Positions 55,982 to 62,865 of a stretch of 64,000 nucleotides of DNA are shown in pieces. The notes beneath the pieces are model-generated. The model was not told the origin of the DNA, did no database searches, and was given only the letters and a program-made list of their open reading frames with translations. A program made the translations under genes and the position numbers. The first letter of the stretch is position 1, and every line of letters starts with the position of its first letter. The stretch covers positions 69,949-133,948 of the forward strand of contig CAYMJR010000001.1 in the NCBI GenBank assembly GCA_964391315.1, given 5' to 3'. This DNA comes from an uncultured Gammaproteobacteria bacterium. Its GTDB lineage: Bacteria > Patescibacteriota > Microgenomatia > Levybacterales > UBA12049.

Positions 55982-56796
55982 GATAATACAAACGAACTTA
56001 GACTATACCTTTATCCTCTCATTGAGTAGGATACTGACGTGTTATGGAACATTATATGAATAATTTTCCATCTCTGCTGTTATGCAGAAGTCGTTACGGG
56101 GTCAAAAATTTTATACTGAAATGTTGAAAGAATATATGGTCTTATTAACGAAAAGAAAGTTTCAATACTTTTTTTCTTAATTAATAATTTTGAATCATTT
56201 TTGAAAGAGCATTTTATATCAAACTCATCTTCAAGTCTCTTCTGAAGAAATAAAATATCTTCTCTTGAAAATCCATCAGTAGCAATAATACATTTATGGT
56301 CACTAAAACAACCATCATCCATGTACCAAATTGCTAAAACTAATGGTGTAAGTTGAATATCTTTGGGAATAATCTTTTTGTTGTCGAAATAGAATTTCTC
56401 TCTCCAAGATGAAAAATATTGACGAGTCCAAAACCGATAAGAAGTATATGTTTGAGAAAAACGTTTATCAAAACGTTCAACTTTCGATACATTCTTATAT
56501 GAAATTGAACCTAATTCTTGGTGTTTCCAAAAAAGATATTCTTTCTGATTACTACTCTGTTCAAATTGAATCTGACCTCTTTTTGTTATATATGCATCGC
56601 CAAGAAGTGAACCTATTAAGATTTCTTCTTGATGATTTGTTACAAAAAGTTTTTGATTCTTTCGAGCTCTCAGTTGCATAAAACTTCGACTTCCCTCGGT
56701 ATTACAACAGTATACCAAAATACACTTTTGCTTCACCGATATGAGTCAGTTATACATCCCGATATTACTATCGGGAGCCGCGAGACATTTTTGTTC
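55982..56796 (-). mobile_element. 815-nt insertion in 16S (about E. coli 1078/1079), group-I-intron-like boundaries, carrying a LAGLIDADG gene
   Basis: The 5' exon ends ...CGUGCCGU, with U at -1. The insert ends ...AACGAUUCG, with a terminal G. The spliced product has the same length as E. coli across CGUGUUGUGAAAUGUUGGG. GNRA hairpin CCCGAUA-GUAA-UAUCGGG near the 5' end. Confidence 0.75.
56080..56736 (-). CDS. LAGLIDADG homing endonuclease (double-motif)
   Basis: Motifs ILIGSLLGDAYI and LAIWYMDDGCF. The track start is a GTG at 56736; an alternative ATG lies at 56679. Lies entirely inside the insertion. Confidence 0.85.
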   Translation of the reverse strand: MKQKCILVYCCNTEGSRSFMQLRARKNQKLFVTNHQEEILIGSLLGDAYITKRGQIQFEQSSNQKEYLFWKHQELGSISYKNVSKVERFDKRFSQTYTSYRFWTRQYFSSWREKFYFDNKKIIPKDIQLTPLVLAIWYMDDGCFSDHKCIIATDGFSREDILFLQKRLEDEFDIKCSFKNDSKLLIKKKSIETFFSLIRPYILSTFQYKIFDPVTTSA

Positions 56797-56940
56797 ACGG
56801 CACGAGCTGACGACAGCCATGCATCACCTGTGTTACCATCCTTGCGGATTGCCCCTTATTTCTAAAGGGCTGTACGGTAGCATGTCAAACCTTGGTAAGG
56901 TGTTTCGCTTCGTCTCGAATTAAACCACACGCTCCACCAG

Positions 56941-57000
<60 letters not shown>

Positions 57001-57919
57001 TCCGCTTAATGCGTTAGCTTGGACCCCTGCAAGCAAGCTTGCAAGAGCCAGCGGACATCGTTTACGGCTAGGACTACACAGGTATCTAATCTGTTTCGCT
57101 ACCCTAGCTTTCGTGCCTCAGCGTCAGGAAAAGTACAGAAGCTTGCCTTCGCCCTTGGTGTTCCAGTTAATATCAACGCATTTCACTGCTACACTAACTG
57201 TTCCAGCTTCCCAACCAATCCTCAATTCCATGAGTATCCTCGCCACTCCCAAGGGTAAGCCTTGGTCTTTAAGCAAAGACTTTATGGAACGCCTACGCAC
57301 ACTTTACGCCCAATGAATCCGGATAATGCTTGCTCCCTACGTATTACCGAGACTTCTGGCACGTAGTTAGTAGGAGCTTATTCTCCAAGCTGTGAACGGC
57401 TTGGTAAAAGGAGTTTACAACCCGAAGGCCTTCATCCTCCACGCGGCGTCGCTGCGTCAGACTTTCGTCCATTGCGCAATATTCCCAGTTGCTGCCATCC
57501 GTAGATGTACTGCCCGTGTCTCAGTGCAGTTGTGGCTGATCGACCTCTCAGTCCAGCTACCCGTCATTGCCTTGGTGGGCCTTTACCCCGCCAACTAGCT
57601 GATAGGACGCAGGCTCCCCCCTTGGCGGTCCGTTAAGACCTTTACTCTTACGAGAACTATGGAGAATTACCCCCTCTTTCGAGGGGCTATGCTCCACCTA
57701 GGGATAGATTCCTACGCGTTACTCACCCGTCTGCCGCTGACTTGTATTGCTACTCATCCGCTCGACTTGCATGCTTAAGGCACGCCGCCAGCATTCATCC
57801 TGAACCAGGATCAAATTCTCAAAAAAATTTGAGAGGTACCATCGCTGTGATGATACTTCTGATTTCGGATTTTTTTTATTCTGATTGCTCAGAGTTAAAT
57901 AGGTAAACCCGAAAAAATT

Positions 57920-58011
57920 CCTACCACATTTTGATTTGCAAACATTTAGTGCGTGGAAAAAATGTTTGCGCTGAATTTTTCCGTTATAAATTCAGTGTGT
58001 CTTTAATTATT
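57920..58011 (-). other. 16S 5' leader halves of the bipartite processing stem
   Basis: 57996-58011 (AAUAAUUAAAGACACA in RNA) and 57920-57933 (CAAAAUGUGGUAGG) pair, in nested order, with the 3' trailer at 54540-54573. Confidence 0.75.
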
Positions 58012-58055
58012 AATGAGCGACGTTGTTATGAAGTATGAATTCTTATCGTAGAGAT

Positions 58056-58079
58056 AAAAAAACCCCGCCAAAGGCGAGG
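58056..58079 (-). terminator. Intrinsic terminator after the 58169-58462 gene
   Basis: Minus-strand CCUCGCC-UUU-GGCGGGG followed by U7. The G-U pair makes it specific to the minus strand. Confidence 0.75.
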
Positions 58080-58168
58080 TGTACTCGTAAATCTTTGACG
58101 AAGAAACTTACATACTGTTTACCTATTATAGTCTATTTTAGCCGTGTGTCAAGCGTGAAAATCAACAA

Positions 58169-58462
58169 TTACTGATTTGCCCTCCTTCGTCTTGGTTGGG
58201 CATTACCTACAGCCAAAGTATGTAAATCACGCATGATTTGACCCAATTCTTTTCCTTTCACTCCCAACTCTTTAAATATTCTTGCTACTTCCAATCGTTG
58301 CGGCCTGCTTACTAAATAAGCTTGAGCAAGATCTTGCTCAAGTAAGCGACTAGTCATTCCACTTGCAAACTCAGATGCATCTTCTGGCAGTCTATTAAAT
58401 CTTGCAGCCATTTCAAAAGAAGATCGAGGAATACCCCACCTTTCCACTTCACGATTCGTCAT
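58169..58462 (-). CDS. Small helical protein, paralog of 59294-59647
   Basis: 97 aa. SFEMAARFNRLPEDASEFASGMTSRLLEQDLAQAYL aligns with SVEMTRRLDEMHYPDDAMDLIRGLTSRFMEADLARQYL of the 117-aa protein. Confidence 0.55.
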   Translation of the reverse strand: MTNREVERWGIPRSSFEMAARFNRLPEDASEFASGMTSRLLEQDLAQAYLVSRPQRLEVARIFKELGVKGKELGQIMRDLHTLAVGNAQPRRRRANQ

Positions 58463-58514
58463 GTCCCCAATTTTGCAAAATATTCTTAAATATCACAAAA
58501 TGACTTAGTAAGAA

Positions 58515-59285
58515 TTATGCAACCCCATATAAATCAAGTTCAGCAAATCCATTCCATACTGCTGTTAAATCCTGTTTTGGTCTCTTATCCCTACTTCTTT
58601 CCTCAATAATTTTATTTAGTTGCTCTCTCATTCCTGCATCATCCTTACTATTATAAGCAACATATAATTGTTTTGCCAAAAACACCTCTAAAGGAGCTAA
58701 ATTACCTGTCTCATCAACTTCTTGTAATGCATCCAATTGAGAATCTTTCGCACTTTTGTCGGAATCAACCGGCTTGTAAGGAATATCTTCATAATCTCCT
58801 CTTTTCTCCAAAACTGCTTTAAGAATCATTCTTCCCACTCGACCGTTTCCATCAAGCATGGGATGAATACGTACAAAGGTATAATATGCCCATGCTGCAT
58901 CATGAATTGCTTCACTAAGTCTGTTACGTAGAGATGGTTCTTTATGCATCACAATATCTAAATCGTGCGTATATTTTTGCATTGTTGGAGCAACATCTAA
59001 TCCTCGTACATAAAAATTTTCTGGACTGCCTCCTGTTTTAAGATCCGTGTTTCTATAAACACCAGGAGGTAAAGGAACTAATCCTTTTCGTTGATACGCT
59101 TCTACCCCATCCATTAATTGAGCATGTAACAGAGGGATCACTAGGCTACTTTTCGTTTCAGGTGCATCCCGCACCCATAATCTTACAAGTTTTTGGCAGG
59201 CAGCTTCATTGCCAATTTCCCTCAATGTATGAGAGATATCAGGACGTCTTCTAGCATAAATGGAATGCGATACTCTTTCTGACAT
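58515..59285 (-). CDS. Fic/DOC-domain protein
   Basis: 256 aa. Core motif HPMLDGNGRVGRMI matches HxFx(D/E)GNGRxxR with M at the F position. Confidence 0.85.
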   Translation of the reverse strand: MSERVSHSIYARRRPDISHTLREIGNEAACQKLVRLWVRDAPETKSSLVIPLLHAQLMDGVEAYQRKGLVPLPPGVYRNTDLKTGGSPENFYVRGLDVAPTMQKYTHDLDIVMHKEPSLRNRLSEAIHDAAWAYYTFVRIHPMLDGNGRVGRMILKAVLEKRGDYEDIPYKPVDSDKSAKDSQLDALQEVDETGNLAPLEVFLAKQLYVAYNSKDDAGMREQLNKIIEERSRDKRPKQDLTAVWNGFAELDLYGVA

Positions 59286-59293
59286 AGGAAAAT

Positions 59294-59647
59294 TTATCGG
59301 GGACGAACACTATCACGAGCGCAGACTTTTAAGTATTTCATAGCGAAAATAAGACTTCTCCCACTTACACCAGTTTTCCTAAGAAATGCAGATGTTGCAA
59401 TCCTATAATCTTTTGTTGTCAAATACTGTCTAGCCAAATCAGCTTCCATAAATCGACTGGTAAGCCCTCTGATTAAATCCATGGCATCATCTGGATAATG
59501 CATTTCGTCTAATCTTCTGGTCATTTCCACTGAAGTGGCAGGAGGATGATAGACTTGTCCTGATTCTCGTCCTTCAGGTTGTCTTGGTAATTGTCGAAAA
59601 CTATCGCTGGTACTAGGCGGAGACATTCTTCTCTCTTGATTACTCAT
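59294..59647 (-). CDS. Small protein upstream of Fic (candidate Fic regulator/antitoxin)
   Basis: 117 aa. Ends 8 nt before the Fic ATG. Contains SRFME, an SxxxE similar to the Fic-inhibitory (S/T)xxxE(G/N) motif. Confidence 0.55.
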   Translation of the reverse strand: MSNQERRMSPPSTSDSFRQLPRQPEGRESGQVYHPPATSVEMTRRLDEMHYPDDAMDLIRGLTSRFMEADLARQYLTTKDYRIATSAFLRKTGVSGRSLIFAMKYLKVCARDSVRPR

Positions 59648-59657
59648 AATATCCTAT

Positions 59658-59713
59658 ATTATATAGATAAGTATACACTTTTGCAAGATTATTGAGTAAG
59701 AGTTAGTTAAGAG
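59658..59713 (-). promoter_or_regulatory. Repeat-plus-promoter unit a: CTCTTAACTAACTCTTAC-N9-TTGCAA-N17-TATAAT
   Basis: Repeat at 59713-59696, -35 at 59686-59681, -10 at 59663-59658, ATG at 59647. Confidence 0.6.
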
Positions 59714-60033
59714 AATTTTTGATTTTTCAACCCACCTTTTGGAACTTTCAGACCATAATGTCGAAAAACAAAACGGATTTGCTTATTCTTCATGTTTGCT
59801 TTACGCAACTCATCAATCAACACTCTTCTTTCCCACTCACCATGCTCATTATGGGCTCTTACTCTCTCTTCTACATCTCCCTCCAGAAGAATACTCGAAA
59901 GTGCAGCAATAACTTCCCTTGCAGGTTCTGGCCAGGAATCCACTACTCCAACAAATCTCACAGAACGAGGAGGTGGCCCCCATTCACTTCCAGAAATTTG
60001 GGCGTCTTCAGGCGATAAGTGTTCGTGAGGCAT
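59707..60033 (-). CDS. Hypothetical small protein
   Basis: 108 aa. The stop codon lies inside repeat a (…TTC TCT TAA). Confidence 0.5.
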   Translation of the reverse strand: MPHEHLSPEDAQISGSEWGPPPRSVRFVGVVDSWPEPAREVIAALSSILLEGDVEERVRAHNEHGEWERRVLIDELRKANMKNKQIRFVFRHYGLKVPKGGLKNQKFS

Positions 60034-60041
60034 AGAGGGTC

Positions 60042-60097
60042 ATTAAACACAATGTTTTCAAATGTTCCAAAATTATCTGGTAAGAGTTGGTTAAGAG
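60042..60097 (-). promoter_or_regulatory. Repeat-plus-promoter unit b: CTCTTAACCAACTCTTAC-N9-TTGGAA-N17-TTTAAT
   Basis: Repeat at 60097-60080, -35 at 60070-60065, -10 at 60047-60042, ATG at 60033. Confidence 0.6.
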
Positions 60098-60099
60098 GA

Positions 60100-60273
60100 T
60101 TACCTTTTAGATAACTTATGCATTAACTTCGCAGCGCCTGGTCGTTTTATCACTCGATCAAAAAAGATCTCTGCTGCTCTATTACCAATGACGATATCTG
60201 GATCTTCCTTCTGTACATTACGATTAATTTGTCTGACAATAAATTTACGCCGTTCACCTTCAAAATATGCCAT
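60100..60273 (-). CDS. Hypothetical 57-aa protein
   Basis: Below the track cutoff. Translation is MAYFEGERRKFIVRQINRNVQKEDPDIVIGNRAAEIFFDRVIKRPGAAKLMHKLSKR. Stops at a TAA three codons before the in-frame TCT TAA of repeat b. Confidence 0.4.
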   Translation of the reverse strand: MAYFEGERRKFIVRQINRNVQKEDPDIVIGNRAAEIFFDRVIKRPGAAKLMHKLSKR

Positions 60274-60279
60274 TAATCC

Positions 60280-60335
60280 AATCTAGAGAAAATCTTTAAG
60301 GCTTACAAAACGAACGCGTAAGAGATAGTTAAGAG
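60280..60335 (-). promoter_or_regulatory. Repeat-plus-promoter unit c: CTCTTAACTATCTCTTAC-N9-TTGTAA-N17-TAGATT
   Basis: Repeat at 60335-60318, overlapping the UDG stop. -35 at 60308-60303, -10 at 60285-60280, ATG at 60273. Confidence 0.6.
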
Positions 60336-60889
60336 GCGATAATTTTTTTTAGTGTCTGAAAATCTGCTCTGAGTAATGTTTTAAATTTATTGGGAAACCG
60401 TAGAGCCGCAGCAGGATGAAAGGTCAGGAAATATTTGATGCCATCTTTTTCTTCAATTACTTTTCCGTGTTCCGAAGCAACTGCAACTTTTTTTTCCAGA
60501 ACTCCCTCAGCTGCGACACGTCCAAGAAGCATCACGACTTTTGGTTGAATAACGGCAAATTGCTTCATAAGATGGATTCGTCCGTGTGCGATGTCTGCAC
60601 TTGTCGGTGTTCCGCGGTCAGGCAAATATTTTACAGGACTTGTGATATAGACATCTTTTTCATCATCCAATCCAATTTCGCGAATCAATGATCGAAGGAG
60701 TTGTCCTGACCTGCCGATGAATGGTCTTCCTGTTTCCGCTTCCTTGCGGCCAGGTGCTTCTCCGATAAAGACAACATTTCCATCAGGATTCCCCTCTCCA
60801 GGAACTGCCATGCCACTCTTCCCCTCTTTGCAAATCTTGCAATCTTCAATCTCTTTTGCAATCTTGTCTAATTCAGCTTGTTTATTCAT
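60329..60889 (-). CDS. Uracil-DNA glycosylase, family 4
   Basis: 186 aa. CKIC iron-sulfur cysteines, the GEAPGRKEAETGRPFIGRSG motif and a HPAAALR C-terminal motif. Confidence 0.9.
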   Translation of the reverse strand: MNKQAELDKIAKEIEDCKICKEGKSGMAVPGEGNPDGNVVFIGEAPGRKEAETGRPFIGRSGQLLRSLIREIGLDDEKDVYITSPVKYLPDRGTPTSADIAHGRIHLMKQFAVIQPKVVMLLGRVAAEGVLEKKVAVASEHGKVIEEKDGIKYFLTFHPAAALRFPNKFKTLLRADFQTLKKIIAS

Positions 60890-61421
60890 TGGGTAAATGT
60901 TTTGTTACTTCATATAATATGATGCCTAACGAAACCATCACATTCAAACTAATATTTACTCCCCACATTGGCATCTCGACAATTTTGTCTGACATTTCCA
61001 AAACTTCTTCAGAAATACCGGTTGTTTCGTGTCCCACAACAATCGCTACGGGAAATTGAAAATCAACTGTGTCATACGGCACACTTCGCTTATCTTGTTC
61101 AACTGCTATTACCTGCAAATCTTTCACTTTAAAGCGTAAATCTCTTATCGCATCAGCAGCTGTCGGATAATATTCCCAACTCACCCATTCTGTGGTATTA
61201 ATAGAGGCTTTTTTGATCCGGTGATTGGGTGGCGTTTCAGATCCTTCACAAAGGATAACTTTTTCTGCAGCTACTGCATCTGCAAGACGAAAAACTGAAC
61301 CAATATTGTACGTATCTAAAACATTGTCTAAAACGATATAGATTGGATTCTTTTTCAATTTTTTAAATGCCTCGGGATCGTGTTTGGAAAGTCGAAGTGC
61401 TTTTGCATCAAGTTTTATCAT
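60882..61421 (-). CDS. SpoU/TrmH-family RNA 2'-O-methyltransferase
   Basis: ATG at 61421, with TATAAT 6 nt upstream, preferred over the TTG at 61445. Motifs NIGSVFRLADA, VGHETTGIS and SLNVMVSLGIILYE. Confidence 0.85.
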   Translation of the reverse strand: MIKLDAKALRLSKHDPEAFKKLKKNPIYIVLDNVLDTYNIGSVFRLADAVAAEKVILCEGSETPPNHRIKKASINTTEWVSWEYYPTAADAIRDLRFKVKDLQVIAVEQDKRSVPYDTVDFQFPVAIVVGHETTGISEEVLEMSDKIVEMPMWGVNISLNVMVSLGIILYEVTKHLPNE

Positions 61422-61474
61422 GAGCGTATTATAGCAGTTTGACAAGAGATTGTACTTCGTGAAATACTAATTGT

Positions 61475-62245
61475 ATGGATACTCAGACACCACCTGCTCA
61501 GCCTGTAATAACTTCTCCTATAAATCCGATATCACTTACAAAGTCAAAACAAAATGGAACTGCTCTTCTTATCATTCTTCTTTTTGTGCTTGCAGCGATT
61601 GGAACTGGCCTTGCATATTTATTCATTCCTCCAAATGGAACAAAAAAAGTCACAACTGCTCCAATAACTGCCACGCCAACCCCGCGTGAAAACGCAAAAT
61701 GGCAAAATTACACAAATACAAAATATAATTACTCATTCGCTTATCCTGTTACCTGGAAAATGACAAGTACTTCACCAGATCAAAAAGATTTTGAGCTTCG
61801 GTATACCGCAGGATCAGATCTGGGAATTATTAAGGGAAGTTATTTCACAGCAAATGAACGTAGTACCCTCGGACAAACATATTGTGATATAAACACAGAT
61901 CAGCTCCGTTGTCATGCGTATCAACTCACGACACATTCCAACGTAATGATTGATCGTCTTACTACAGCTAAGACCGTAAGCAATAAGGCCAATGCTCTGA
62001 TTACACTGCCTAATAGTGATATCCTACAATTGGAAATATTAGACGGCAACAATGATAGCTATAATACCCTTACAATTATGCTTGATACCTTATTATTCCC
62101 TGGTGAAAAAAAGGTAACCGGTTTACAAATTTGTCCTGACGCCTGGCCTGTCAATGGAACAACATTTGACTATAATGGTGTAAAATTCCCCATCGAAGAT
62201 GTTGATAAGGCGTGGATCACAAGTAACTGCCATTACTCCCCATAA
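61475..62245 (+). CDS. Membrane-anchored extracellular hypothetical protein
   Basis: 256 aa. TM segment ALLIILLFVLAAIGTGLAYLFI, PT linker, beta-rich ectodomain. TTGACA-N18-AATACT lies 6 nt before the ATG. Confidence 0.55.
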   Translation: MDTQTPPAQPVITSPINPISLTKSKQNGTALLIILLFVLAAIGTGLAYLFIPPNGTKKVTTAPITATPTPRENAKWQNYTNTKYNYSFAYPVTWKMTSTSPDQKDFELRYTAGSDLGIIKGSYFTANERSTLGQTYCDINTDQLRCHAYQLTTHSNVMIDRLTTAKTVSNKANALITLPNSDILQLEILDGNNDSYNTLTIMLDTLLFPGEKKVTGLQICPDAWPVNGTTFDYNGVKFPIEDVDKAWITSNCHYSP

Positions 62246-62526
62246 TGAACAAAAAGCATTTACCACTAGGCGTTTGGCTCAAACTTTTGGGTGGTTACAG
62301 CCTTTTTATTGGTATTATTGCTATTATCCTTTTACTTGGTTTTAGTCTCTCTCAGCAGAATCACCACGAGCCACAAACACTAACACCTACCCCAACGCCA
62401 AAATCTGAAAAGAAATCTTGTGGTGGAATCGCAGGTGTACACTGTCCAAACGGTTATATATGCAAACTTTCCGGCAAGTATCCTGATACAGGTGGATCAT
62501 GCGTAAAACAAGCACAACGTAACTAA
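62245..62526 (+). CDS. Small membrane-anchored 4-Cys protein
   Basis: 93 aa. TM segment, TPTPTPK linker, C-terminal CGGIAGVHCPNGYICKLSGKYPDTGGSC. Confidence 0.5.
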   Translation: MNKKHLPLGVWLKLLGGYSLFIGIIAIILLLGFSLSQQNHHEPQTLTPTPTPKSEKKSCGGIAGVHCPNGYICKLSGKYPDTGGSCVKQAQRN

Positions 62527-62561
62527 TTGACAAACGTCAAAATAGGTGGAATACTAATAAT

Positions 62562-62840
62562 ATGAGTAAAAAATATAAGTTGCCAAAGTCATTGACAACT
62601 ATTACCCCCCTTTCAAGAATTGTTGCACTTAGTTTGTTTATTGTTGTCCCAATCGTAGCCTTTTATATTGGTATTTATTATGAAGACCAAACACATCAAG
62701 GGTTTCCGAATCTCTTTTGTAAAAGATGGGATACTGTCTGTGATCCGAATATTGTAGATGCAAACGGTGACTGTGCGCCTCGGACCATCTGTGTTGATCC
62801 ATCACCAACGCCACATCCTATCAACCACCCCAAGTATTAA
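62562..62840 (+). CDS. Small membrane-anchored 4-Cys protein
   Basis: 92 aa. TM segment, then CKRWDTVCDPNIVDANGDCAPRTIC. TTGACA-N17-AATACT (62527-62555) lies 6 nt before the ATG. Confidence 0.5.
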   Translation: MSKKYKLPKSLTTITPLSRIVALSLFIVVPIVAFYIGIYYEDQTHQGFPNLFCKRWDTVCDPNIVDANGDCAPRTICVDPSPTPHPINHPKY

Positions 62841-62865
62841 TCTCCAATCCTTCTTCTTTTCCTTA

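Noticed and set aside
58012-58055. Search for the 16S promoter between the upstream terminator and the processing stem.
   Set aside because: No convincing -35/-10 pair is present in these 44 nt. The best candidates match consensus poorly, so I left it uncalled. Transcription may start here from a weak promoter or by readthrough.
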